From NCBI RefSeq assembly GCF_009914755.1, contig NC_060927.1: 64,000 nucleotides of DNA; one strand, written 5' to 3'. The stretch comes from the human T2T-CHM13v2.0 reference genome, Homo sapiens. The translations under genes and the position numbers were made by a program. Within the stretch, counting starts at the first letter, position 1, and every line of letters starts with the position of its first letter. Shown piece after piece: positions 1-11,554 of this stretch. The notes below the pieces were generated by a model. The model was not told the DNA's origin. It did not search any database and saw only the letters and a program-made list of their open reading frames with translations.

Positions 1-113
1 TCCCTTTGCTGACTCTCTTTTTGGACTCAGCCTGCCTGCACCCAGGTGAAATAAACAGCCCTGTTGCTCACACAAAGCCTGCTTGGTGGTCTCTTCACAT
101 GGACGCGAGTGAA
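1..113 (+). mobile_element. HERV-H LTR7, 3' part (R-U5); continues upstream of the window
   Basis: tccctttgctgactctctttt...caggtgaaataaacagcc...gagtgaa is near-identical to the LTR ends at 11860-11973 and 15190-15301. Confidence 0.95.
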
Positions 114-713
114 CGCTATCTGATTTGGATAAAGAAAAAGGAGCATTAACCTTGACTATGCCTTTAGCTTCAGCCACCTTTTTAAGAGGAAATTGCTGGG
201 CAAGTGGGGGAGGGCTAGTCATGGAACAAAACTGTAAGTGGTACCAGGTGGAGGAACGGAGGTTGAGGAAGAATTGGGACCTAGCTTGGCCTGGCGAGGA
301 GGGGAGAGGTCAGATGGGTCTGTAGAGAAGGAAGATTAGAAAGACTCAGTGATGCTTGGGGTTGGGACTGAGGGGACAGGCAGGAGGGAAAGAAGGAAGA
401 TTTGGGATGAATCGCATTGGGAACAGAAAGTAGGGAGGGACTGATGTGTAAAAGAATGCCTGGAGGTCAGGCACCTCAGACCACTTGCCCATTTTACGAC
501 AAGAATTATTTAGATCTTGTAGGATGGAAGAATTGAAAGTGCCATTTTCTGGCTATTTGGAACCACTGTCGAGTTTGTATTGTGGTCAAGTGGCATTGCA
601 GAAGAACATAGGCATTTAGGTTTTAGGTCAGGTATGAGTTGAAGAGATTTTAGGTTTTTAAGAACGCAGGCTAAGGGAGAAGAAGGGGGAATGGAGGGCG
701 GAAGCTTGCCCAT
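114..713 (-). pseudogene. gag: HERV-H gag remnant (matrix N-terminus, frameshifted and truncated)
   Basis: ATG at 713-711; ORF 510..755(-) contains MGKLPPSIPPSSPLACVLKNLKSLQLIPDLKPK, which resembles the HERV-H Gag N-terminus; the frame is lost shortly afterwards. Confidence 0.75.
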
Positions 714-804
714 AGTGAAGGAGGCAAGCCCAGAGAAAAGAGAGAGTAAAGACAAGGAGAGAAGGGGTGGGGGGTTCTTGCCCCCCAGAAAAGCAGAGAA
801 GGGG

Positions 805-917
805 TCTGGGCATGGAAATAAGGGGGTAGGGCGCAGAGATAAGAGGTTGGGGCACAGAAATAAGGGATCGGGGCACAGAGATAAGAGGTTGGGGTGTGGA
901 AATAAGGGATCGGGGGA
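805..917. repeat. ~21-bp tandem repeat in the HERV-H leader (about 5 units)
   Basis: Alternating units of the form ggggcacagaaataagggatc and ggggcacagagataagaggtt. Confidence 0.85.
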
Positions 918-1308
918 TTCTTGCCCCCCAGAAAAGCAGAGAAGGGGTAGAGATAGGGAGAGAAGGTGTTGGGGTTCTTGCTCCTCCCCCAGAAAAGCAG
1001 GACGTGCCCCTAAGGGTGAAAGACCAAGGCAGGCGTCCCTGCGTGGTCAGACACCTCTGAAATGTGGGTGAATAATCAGAGAGGTGTCCCTGCAATGATT
1101 AAACACCAAAGGAAGGCTGCCTTCCTGAGTCCATGACCAGCGCCGGAGTTTTGGGTCCACGGATAAAACGTGTCTCCTTTGTCTCTACTAGAAAATGAAA
1201 GGAATTGAAATTAAGAGAAGGGAGAGATTGAAGTGTGGCGCCAAGATTGAAAGGAGAAAGTGGTTGAGGGATAGTGAGAGAGGTTGCAGAAGAGAGTAAG
1301 AAGAGGCC

Positions 1309-1317
1309 GCTTACCTG
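1309..1317 (-). promoter_or_regulatory. HERV-H leader major splice donor (CAG|GTAAGC)
   Basis: gcttacctg on the + strand reads CAGGTAAGC on the minus strand, about 145 nt downstream of the minus-strand U5 end. Confidence 0.7.
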
Positions 1318-1440
1318 ATTTAAAATTGGTGAGATGTTCCTTGGGCTGGTGGGTCTGAGGACCTGAGGTGGTAGTTGGATCTTTCTCATGGAGCAAAATG
1401 CAGGAGGATAGGGGATTGATCTCCCAAGGGAGGTCCCCCT

Positions 1441-1458
1441 ATCCGAGTCACGGCACCA
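1441..1458 (-). other. Primer-binding site, tRNA-His
   Basis: + strand atccgagtcacggcacca equals the 3'-terminal 18 nt of tRNA-His(GUG) including CCA; it lies 2 nt from the LTR end. Confidence 0.95.
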
Positions 1459-1460
1459 AA

Positions 1461-1548
1461 TTTCACCCGTGCCCCTGTAAAGAGACCACCAAACAGGCTT
1501 TGTGTGAGCAACAAGGCTGTTTATTTCACCTGGGTGCAGGCGGGCTGA
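1461..1548 (-). mobile_element. LTR7 R-U5 fragment (88 bp), inverted
   Basis: Reverse complement reads tcagcccgcctgcacccaggtgaaataaacagcc...gtgaaa. Confidence 0.93.
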
Positions 1549-1650
1549 CTCTCTTTTCGGACTCAGCCCACCTGCGCCCAGGTGAAATAAACAGCCTTGT
1601 TGCTCACACAAAGCCTGTTTGGTGGTATCTTTACATGGACGTGAGTGAAA
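1544..1650 (+). mobile_element. LTR7 R-U5 fragment, forward; ends at host DNA
   Basis: gctgactctcttttcggactcagccc...gtgagtgaaa followed by non-viral ttctc... Confidence 0.93.
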
Positions 1651-2273
1651 TTCTCAAAATGCAGAAATTTAAGGAACAATGTTTCTTTGAGCTCCTTCTG
1701 AGGAATCTACTAATGAACAGCTTCAGTCAACGAAAATAATTAGAGACACTGACTGGTGGTGAACATTATACACTCACATGTAGACTTAAGAGTAGCTAGT
1801 GGTTAAAAGAGATGAAGTATAATACATAACAGCTACATGCTCTGACAATGTAGACATAGTATGACTATTAGAAATAGAAAATGAGGACCATGAATACAAC
1901 AAAAATATTTAACTGTTTTCAGTCAGTATATTGGTGGTGTTAGTATTGTTATTCTAAGCAGTTAAAATATAAAGTGGTGGATGAAACAACTGAATAATTC
2001 TATCATCCTCTGAGCCCCTATAATTAATGATACTGAAAAAAACAAATGGAAGAAAGGAAGAAAGGGAAAGTGTAATAGAAAGAGAGAGGGGAAAGGGGAA
2101 AAAATTATTCATCTTAGGAGGATAACAGGAAACAAGAAAACAAATTTATTGAGAAAACTAGTATAAATTATCCTTGGCAAACATTCTGGAGAAGTTTCAC
2201 CCTTGGCATCCTAGGCCTACACCCTAGGCTTAGTCTACTTTCTAGAGGACGTGAACTAAAGCCTCCCTCACTC

Positions 2274-2580
2274 TTTTTTATTTTTTATTTTTGCTCTGTC
2301 ACCCAGACTGGAGTGCAGTGGCATGATCTTGGCTCATGGCAGCCTCACCCTTTCAGGCTCTAATGATCCTCCCAGCTCAGTCTCCCAAGTAGCTAGGATT
2401 ACAGGCATGCACCACCATGCCTGGCTAATTTTTGTTTGTTTGTTTGTTTGTTTGTTTGTTTGTAGAGATGGGGTTTCCCCACATTGCCCAGTCTTCTCTG
2501 GAACTCCTGAGCTCAAGCAATTTGCCCACCTCAGCCTCTCATAGTGCTGGGGTTACAGGCATGACCCACTGTAACCAGCT
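2274..2580 (-). mobile_element. Alu, old (AluJ-like)
   Basis: T-rich tail, gctctgtcacccag...gagtgcagtgg, expanded (tttg)n linker, ctcctgagctcaagcaat. Confidence 0.9.
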
Positions 2581-2847
2581 TAAAGCCACTTCTTATTTAG
2601 TTCTCACAACAATCCCATAAAATAATTATTATTATCTCTATTTTACAGGTGACAAAAATGAAGCTTCAAGAGGCTAAATTATTTTCATAAACTCTCACTG
2701 CTAGTAAACTTAGCTATGTTTTAAATCCAGTTCTTTTCAACTAAAGCTCAGTGATTTTATTATGGCACATATGCACAAAAACACAAAATACAAGAGGAAT
2801 GAAAAGACTGCTTTCCCAGTTCCTCCAGTAATTTCCACTGACTCAAA

Positions 2848-3870
2848 TTTTTAAATTTGTATTAAGGTGTAAAATACATATGTAAATGTATAGCTCAATA
2901 ATTTTACAAATTTGGTGCATACATATATATGGCTACATGGATATATATATGGATTACATAAATATATATGTGCAAATATATATATTTGGGGAGAATGTTG
3001 ACTGTGAGGGGCCATGACAGCCTACTGAGATGCTTAACAGTAATACATCAATAATTACATGGATATATATGGATTACATAAATATACATATATGGATTAC
3101 ATAAATATATATATTCATTTTGTGCATATATATGGCTACATGGATATATATATATATATATATATGGGTTACATAAATATATATATGTGCAAATATATAT
3201 ATTTGGGGAGAATGTTGACTGTGAGGGGCCATGACAGCCTACTGAGATGCTTACAATTTTCAGTACTGCATCAATAATTACATGGAGATATATATATATA
3301 TATGAATTACATGAATGTACATATATATTAATTACATGAATATACATATATATTAATTACATAAACACGTATATATGAATTACATGAATATACATATATA
3401 TATATATCTCCATGTAATTATTGATGCAATACTGGAAATTTTAAGCATCTCAGTAGGCTCTCATGGCCCCTCGCAGTCAATATTCTCCCCAAAGCTAACC
3501 TAACTTCTCTCAAAAATATACATTTTGATTCTTCATGTGCTTTATAAAAATGGTATTAATTACATGCTCTATTTTGTCTGGGTTATTTTGCTCAACATTG
3601 CATCTTTGAGATTCATCCTTGTAGTTGCATCTATGTAGTAGTATCCATGGATTTAGTCGAGTTTGTTATTTTCCATTGATGTATTCTATTGTATGAATAT
3701 GCCATCATATATTTATCCATTTTTCTGTTGATAGACATTTAAATTGTTTCCATTTGAAACTATTGTGAATAAAGCAGTAATAAACATTCTTTTGTATGAA
3801 TTTTGATGATCATAAGCACTCACTTTTCTTGGGGACATTCCCATGGTATGGTTTATGGATATTCTCAGCT
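2848..3870 (-). mobile_element. Ancient L1M 3'-end fragment interrupted by a TA-rich duplication
   Basis: Typical antisense L1M motifs: ttttgctcaacatt...ttgagattcatcc, tttatccattt...tgttgatagacattt, ataaagcag...taaacattct. Confidence 0.65.
2916..3493. repeat. TA-rich complex repeat: two direct copies (2985-3063, 3202-3288; period 217) and one inverted copy (3407-3493) of an ~87-bp unit
   Basis: tttggggagaatgttgactgtgaggggccatgacagcctactgagatgctta occurs twice; its reverse complement is at 3407-3493. Confidence 0.93.
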
Positions 3871-5579
3871 TTAGTCAAAGCTGTAGAATTTTTATAATCT
3901 AAACAATTATCTGTTTGGCCCAAATCACTACAGTCTCTTAAAGGCATTTGACTTGCTTCCCGTTGTAGGAAAACTTCAAACTTCTTACAGGCAAGTAAGA
4001 AAAGCCCTGGCTGTACTTTTTGCTGACTACTTTTCCAGGTTTATCTATTGCACTACTGGCGTTAAACTTTACTCACTGAAAAGAGAACTACTTGAAATTC
4101 CTTATGCTGTTACCACACTCACATCATTGCTAGCGCTGAGCCTTTCGCCTAGAGAGTTGTTCCCCTCAGTGATCACTTTGTCACATCCTGTTCATCCCTA
4201 AAGATGTATTCATGCTTCTTACTATACTATCATACTGCAAGGTCTTTCAGAATATTCTTTTATTCATCTTTATATTCCTAATCTCCAGCGTAATATCTGA
4301 TACACTGTAAAATAAATGAACAAATTTTTCTGGGAAACATTCAGAATCAGATAATTTGAAACAAAGATATCTTGCCTAAAATTACAAATATATTGTACCA
4401 GCTCTCTCCCCTAATTCTGACCCTAACAACATGACTCATCTCTCAAGATATGATAGAAGATTAAATAAAGAGAAAATTAAATAAAACATTAAATAGACTA
4501 AATGTGAATATCTTAAATCTCTAAGATTCATCTATAAGGATATTCAAAGTTTACAATCACTCATTTTGAGCACAAATACAAAATTAAAAATCTTAAATTG
4601 CTCTGTACAACTTTCCATGATCTTAATAATTTCAAGATGATGTTCCAAATGGAGCTACCATAACAAAGACTATAAATATTATATTTTCATAATTTAGGAT
4701 TACGATTTCTGTACATCCATAAAAAATTGATCTGGAACTAGATTGTACATCTGGAAACATTTTGTAAACTGGATTAGAACCTCATGAGAAATCAAAATGC
4801 ATTACAGACCTAGTCTAAAATTTTAGCTTAATTATACTTCTCATTCCCCATAAGAAGCCATGCTTTAAAATTGGATTGTCATCAAAGGCATATGGTTAAC
4901 CAAATGTGTGAAGAAATACAAGGTTTCAGAGTAAAACATTAGCAATGTATGTGCAAATGAAAGTGTTGTGTGTGTCTATACCAAAGTAGGCATTTGCTTT
5001 AAATAGTTACCACTTCTCTTCCTCATCACAGAACTGTTTCAGTTTTATGGAGTGTTGAGTTTGGGAGCTCAATAGATAAAAATTTGTATTAGCCAAAAAG
5101 AACAAAACTTGATACATTAAATCTCTAGTACTTTGCATTGCAGTTTTCATGCCAAAGGTCTGAGGGAAAACCATATCTCTCCTTCTCTGTGTAAGGTTTA
5201 TGGAAGATATCTCCTTTTTAATTGATTTCAATTATTGCTGCAAGAAAAAAAAATTGATGTCTGGGCAACATGCTTTATTAGCTGATGTTAAACCAACAAT
5301 TAATTCCATGTGTTGATCCAAGATGAATAAGTAAATTTCTAGAACATCGCCAATGTCAATGATAGCTACTCTCCTTGGGCAAACACCTTCAGTAGAGGAG
5401 AACTGAGTAGTTTATTGGAGACATTTCAAATTTTAATCCAAGATTTTGCACATACTAGAAAACTGTAGGGCTGGGCTTGAGAAACAAGAGAAGGAGTAAA
5501 AGAACAATTTTGTGCTGCTGCTAAATCCAGTTCTTATTTCCTCTAACCTTACTGCTTCCCTTGTCCAAGGTTTAGGGAC

Positions 5580-5790
5580 CAGAAGGAAAGGGAAAGGATG
5601 AAAAGAGAAGCAAAAGAAAAGATAGGGGAGAGAAGGAAAGGAGAGAAAGGGAAGAGAAGAGATGTGGTGAGGGAGGGGAAAGAGAGAGGGATATGGAAGG
5701 AGGGAAGGAAGAAATGAAAGAAGGAAGGAAGGAAAGAAGAAAGGAAGGGAGGGAGGGAGGGAGGGAAAGACAAACAGTGGGAAGAAAAGC
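5580..5790. repeat. Polypurine (GA/GGAA/GGGA) low-complexity tract
   Basis: About 200 bp almost purely A/G; five GGG runs at 5747-5765. Confidence 0.9.
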
Positions 5791-6519
5791 TGTGAAAAGA
5801 TTTCTGCTGGATTTCTCCTGAAAAACTACTGAAATTACAACAAAAAATGAATGCATCAGAGGTACAAGCACAAACAACCAATCACAACAGAAACCTGAAA
5901 AAAAAAAAAAAACAAAAACCACCAGAGAGACTATAGATTGTTTTAATCTATTCATTATACTCAGGAAAACATTTATATATTTTTTTTCTTTATCCTGTGT
6001 TAACTTGAGAAAATCATCACTTGCCACTTGGCCACAGAAGCCATATGCTCATAACAACTTAGGCCACCAATATCTATAAAATAATTTCAGGTTATTGCAA
6101 AAATCCTATCAGTGTGAGAAGTGGATTCCAACATACCCAGGCTGATCTTCTGCCCTTCAGTATTCATTTCTTAATGCTGTCTTTCCCCCAAGGCTGGTGG
6201 ATTACAAACTAAGGAAACTGTCTTCTCTCTTTCTTTCCAAGAATTTAAAAGTGGGTCACTGACCAAAAGAGTGGTCTGATAATAAGGAAGTGCTCTTATC
6301 CTTAATGGTCCTCATCTGTAGATGATAAGTAAGGGTTAACAACAATAGTTCTAGTACCTGAAACTCTCCATCCTGAGCTTCATCCCCTTCTATTCCCAAA
6401 ATTTACTGAGAGACACAAACTAAAGTTTGACCCTCAGTGTTTTCTAATATATATTATCAGCAGAGTAGCTGATAACCCCACAGGCTAATAAACAGAAGAA
6501 TAAAAAAATTAAATTATAT

Positions 6520-8950
6520 ATAATAATATTATTAAATATATGAAGAAAAATGCTAGCAATATTAAATAGGAATAAGAATTTGAAGAATGAATCAAACATT
6601 AGGTACAAAAATGACAATAGTTTAAAGAAAGAAAAAAGATTGAATAAACAGCATGATATACATAATTTAAGAGCAAATTACTAAGCAGGAAATAATATTT
6701 AGGCAACCTTCCAGAAGGTATAAAAAATTTAAAATCATATTATGTGTAAATTAAAGAGATATGGAGAGTTCTAGTGCCGGTATCTAGATGATGGGAATCT
6801 CTAAAATATAGAAGTTACAAAAGAAAAGAAGAAACATTGAAGATAAATTTTCTAAAATTAGAAAAAGGTGAAAGATGCCAGATTGAAAGGCTTCAGAGTG
6901 ATAAATAAATCAGATAATAAAAAACTTCACTTTTAGACACATTATTGTGGTATTTAAGAATAGCAAAGATAAGAATTCCAAAGTTTACCAAAAGGAAAGG
7001 CAGCTATCATCTACAAAATGATAAAAATCAGCTGACCTTAGACTTCTCTGTAACAAGGTTTGACTGTATTTTAAGGAAATAATGTTATTGTAAAAATTAT
7101 ACATCCAGTTGCCTTCTGATTTAAATATTAAGGAATGCCAAATCCTCTCAGGCATATAAAGCCGCAGATAATTTGCCACCACAAAGCCACCGAGAAAACA
7201 ATCTTGAAGAAAGTACTAAAATAAGAAGATAAATAAAAGTGGTTGTTGTAAAAATTTTATAAACTCATCATTATCAAATACCTTGACAATATTTACAATC
7301 TAGAAGGCTGAACCAAAGGAAGAAAAAAGAGAGTACAACTGTAATCAGCCAGAAATAAATTCTGATAAACAGCCACACTCTGTGAATTGGTCATTACACA
7401 GGACAATAAATGAAATCATAGGCTAAACTATTAGAACTATGAAGAAATTGACCAAGGTTTCCTGATATAAATCAAATTGCAAAATTCAATAGAATCTCTT
7501 TTTACAAGCAACAAAAAATTAAAAATATGATAGAAATGTGACATTACTTTCACACTATAAATTTCTAGAAATTATTTCAAATATAATGCTCAAAGCTCTG
7601 AGGAATTTCAAAACTCTCAGGTCGGGCATAGATGAGCTGAATAACTGAAGTGATATACCATGCCCTTGGGTGACACAACTTAAAAGTTGTCTAAATTAAA
7701 TTAATCTATAAATTTGGTACAATCCTAATACAGTAGTAATTTTTTAATACATTTACACTAAAATTTGTATGGAAAACAAAGGTCTACAAATAGCAAAGTG
7801 TATATTTTAAAAAAGAAAAATTTGACATACCAGATATTAGTTCATACTATACTATAAAGCCCTAGTTAAACAAAATACTGCATTGACAGTATATTATTGG
7901 CACAAGAATAGATAGTGGTCTGATATAATACAATAAAGAGCTCAGATAAAAACCCATGAGCAGAAACACACGATAAAGGTGCCAGCACAACCACCAAAGG
8001 GCAAATGGCAAATTTTTTAATAAAAGAGTTGGGAAAATTGGCATTATATAGAAAAAAAAAAAAAAACAGGACTTCCATCCACATCACATATAAATGTAGA
8101 CTAAATATATTAAGGATTCAAATGTGTAAAATAAAGTTATGAAGTCAATAATAGAAAATACAGAAGAATAACTTGGGGACAGATAGGTGGGAAATAACTT
8201 CTTAAACCCCAAAACAACATACACATACACAAGACACAACTTCTCATACTACACTTAAGGATTTTGTTCAAGAAAGGACCTCATAAATAAAGATCAGAGA
8301 AAATGGAAGACTGAAAGTTTTCACTAAAACTATCAAAGGTCTAATACATAGACTATCCTGAGAAAATAAAAAAGGTGAAAACGTAAATCCCAGTTGAAAA
8401 CTGGGCAAAGTATATGTTCTGTCAAGTTACAGAGGAGATGGTCTACAAAGCCAATTAGCACATAAAAAGATGCTCAGACTTAATCAGAAAGATGCATACT
8501 GAAGCAATGAGACATCATTTTATGTCCATAATGACCAAAATTAAAAGCTAGATAACACCAAGCATTGGCAGGCTTGTGGGATCACGAGAACCCTCAGGAA
8601 CCACAGGTAGAAAGGTGGATGGCCTATACATCAGAAGACGAATTTGTAATACAGTGATAACATCAAGGAACTGTGTAGTTATTGTATGGTGAAGACCCAT
8701 TACAGTGCACTGTTGGCTAGAAGCAATGGAGTATATTGCTCATAGCCAAAAGGAAAAATTGTAAGAACATACTTATGAATGAAAATGGTAAGGACAATAT
8801 CTATTCCATTGCTATTTTCATAAATTAAAAATAGACATGTGAAACAGCAATATACATTTTGTAAGAACATAAGAGCAGAAGGATATACAGTATGGTGTCT
8901 TTTGTGGAGAAAGGTGGTGAACAATGGGAATAAAGGAAATCCATCAATGA
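6520..8950 (+). mobile_element. Highly decayed ancient L1M (ORF1/ORF2/3' remnants)
   Basis: A-rich sense strand with L1-like motifs: cagattgaaagg...cacattatt, aatctataaatt...aatcc, tactataaagc...aaaatactg...tattggcacaagaatag, aactgggcaaag, cataaaaagatgctca. Confidence 0.6.
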
Positions 8951-10349
8951 CCAAGATACGAGCAGGACTTTGTTCAGACCAGTGCCTAGCATATTATATA
9001 CACTGAGGAATATGGTGAACTTAACCTTCTTCTATAATTTTTAAAAATAGGAAGAAGAAAAAGTGTAAGACAAAAAAGATCTACAATACTATAAAACTTC
9101 AGGGCACAAGGATCATTATGTAACAGAATTTTTAATGATTTAAAAACTTAAAAATGCATATTCTTGAACTATCTAGTCATTCATTACTTGAACAAACACA
9201 TATTGAGGGCCTATTATATATATATAACAGAAATTTAATAAGAAAAAAATGTACAACAATAAATTAAGATGAATATTTTCATATATTAAACACAGATCAT
9301 TAATAAAGAAATCTTAATTCTCAATTTGAAAGTACTATTCTTGATTTATTAGGCCATGTGTACTTGTATATAGAAAATGTATGCAGTTTACACCATAATT
9401 GTGTCTCAATGCTACATTGTCATTGGACCAAAATTAGCCTTTATAGTCTATCTTGTTTCTTGAAATGTACATAATGCATATCAAGAATCTGCAGTGGAGA
9501 AATCCATCTTCAAAATAATCTCCTGATTATCTCTCCATGTCTGGCATTCTGGCCCTTATTAATCATCTCTTATAAATCTGGTCTTTGACACCATAGACAA
9601 ATACAACTTTATTAGTTGCAAATGTATTTGGCGGCCTCTAAATGGCTTTCTCAAATTGCACTGCTCTCACAGTGCAACATGTTCTTTCATGTTGATTAAA
9701 ATATGTGAGGGATACAAACAACAACAAAAGAGTAACAGGAAATCCAATCATTCCTTTCATCTTCCCAGTGGGAGCTGGTCACTGCAGCCAGCTTGACATT
9801 CTTCAAACAAAACTTCCCTTTTTGTGGCTGAAGAAAGGCTTTGGCAAACACTTATCCTTTGATATGATATGCACTTGACAAAAATCACAGAGCAAATCAA
9901 GCCACTGCTTTGAAGAAAATGCTTATTAAAAACCTGAAGCTCTTAAGTGCACTAGGACTTAGTGTGTTGCTAGCAATGTGAGGCCAAATGTGTCTGTGGC
10001 ATCGATTTAAAGTCAAGTCCAAATGCATGGACTTCAGGGCTGCAGCTGCCATCTCATTCCTTTGTTTAATTGCAAGTATACCTTGAAAAACTCTTTAGTC
10101 TTCAAGTATATTCTGGAATATCACTTGTATATTTTATTCCGTGAAACGTAACATTTTATTCTTTAGGTGGAAAGAAATTTGAGAAAATCCTTGTTCTAAT
10201 TAGCCTTTGCTCAATGTCCCAGAATCTCCAGCCACCTGCCAATTTCTTTTCCAAGTAGAAACTCAGCTTTCGAAGAAGTACACTGAGGTGTCCAGGGTCA
10301 AATTGGATTTCTAACATACAGAGTCAAGTTTGGAAATCCTCATACACTT

Positions 10350-10790
10350 TCAGGTTTCCCCAGGAAACAAATGGCACATTAAAATTGGGATAGCTTGAGG
10401 GCAGTTTAATAAAAGGATTTTACAAATGTTTGCGCAAGAGTGGAAAACCCACTAGGTATAAGGTAGTACCCCTGGCCATTTAAGGGGGAAGGTGTTAGTT
10501 AGCAGCCCTAAGTCTGCAGAGGAGTGACTGATGGCCAAAATCCAGAGACAGAGGGGCTGGGTAAACAGCAGCCACCCTCAGCAATCATACAGGAAAAGAA
10601 CAAGGGAATAGACATCCTGAATTCACTCCCTACTTCCCATCTCCTGCTGATATTTCCCACTGTTCTCACCAAATTAGAGGGCAGAAAGAGGGCAAGGGAA
10701 CCAGGTGACATAGTTTCTACAGATCAGCTTCCCAGGACCAAAGAATGATAGATGTGGATCTGTAGGGTACCCAGAAGACAGCCAACATAC
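10350..10790. mobile_element. Old ERVL-type LTR relic
   Basis: ccaggaaacaaatggcacatt...gtttaataaaaggattttacaaa...gtggatctgtaggg resembles ancient ERVL LTRs; subfamily and strand uncertain. Confidence 0.45.
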
Positions 10791-11554
10791 AGGCATCATT
10801 TCTTCCGCCCAAATCACTCCTAAGGGTAGGTACATTTGTTAGGAGTACCAGCAAAACATCACATAACTTTTCTAAGTTTCAACCTAGGTAGAAGGAAAAA
10901 CTCAGAACTCCTGGATTTTCTGTGATAAAGCCCTTTTCAGTTCCTAATATGCAAATGTGCTAAATTGAATTTGTAATTAAGTTAAAAATGAACTAAATAG
11001 ATTCTATTAATGATTTATATCCCCTCAAAATACACCAGTATGTTTGCTTTGAAATAACTACAACAAAGGTACATAAAAATATGGGCAGAAATGTAATTGT
11101 AAGTATTCTCTGAAATAGCATAATTAATAGTTTCAACAAAATTTTCTCCTTTTCTATTCAAGAAGTCATCAGCGAAGAGAAAGTGCAGATAGGAAATGTT
11201 TTCCCCAGTAGCTCAGCTCCTGCTAATCTCTAGACTTTTCTACTTTGATATCTTCCTGACACTTCAGGTCCAGCCTGTCTACAAAATTGTGCTTCCTCCT
11301 CTCTCTTCCCACTCTAAGATTACTAACTCCTGAAATGATGTAGTGTGTGTGTGTATGTGTGTGTGCACATATGTATGTGTCTTCCATGGTAAATATTCAA
11401 TAGATGTGCTTATTGATTATTGGACACATGCTTTTTTAACATCTACTTTAAGAGGATAATGGAACTTTTCATGAAAACTATAAATAAAAAATACAGCCAA
11501 GAAGGCACTAACTCCTTTGGTATCTTCAGATGATCAGTATTTTGCAAGTATGAG

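Larger units (their letters stand above)
114..1460 (-). mobile_element. HERV-H internal region (PBS, leader, 5' gag), inverted relative to the flanking LTR ends
   Basis: tRNA-His PBS at 1441-1458, HERV-H leader repeats, and a Gag-like translation MGKLPPSIPPSSPLACVLKNLK on the minus strand. Confidence 0.93.

Noticed and set aside
805-917. Regularly spaced ~21-bp repeats resembling a CRISPR or iteron array
   Set aside because: No unique spacers; this is the tandem repeat of the HERV-H leader in a primate genome.
1441-1458. Exact tRNA-His 3' end including CCA
   Set aside because: It is the retroviral PBS in reverse orientation; no tRNA body is present.
658-1739. ORFs of 123-170 aa (658..1095, 691..1071, 1099..1611, 1368..1739), two sharing CEQQGCLFHLGAGGL and HPGEINSLVAHTKPVWW-like peptides
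   Set aside because: They are translations of HERV-H leader/LTR sequence; the shared peptides come from the palindrome, not from a gene family.
3048-6027. Y/I-rich and F/L/S/P-rich ORFs (3048..3347, 5549..6027; likewise 59254..59627)
   Set aside because: Open only because TA or purine-rich low-complexity tracts lack stop codons.
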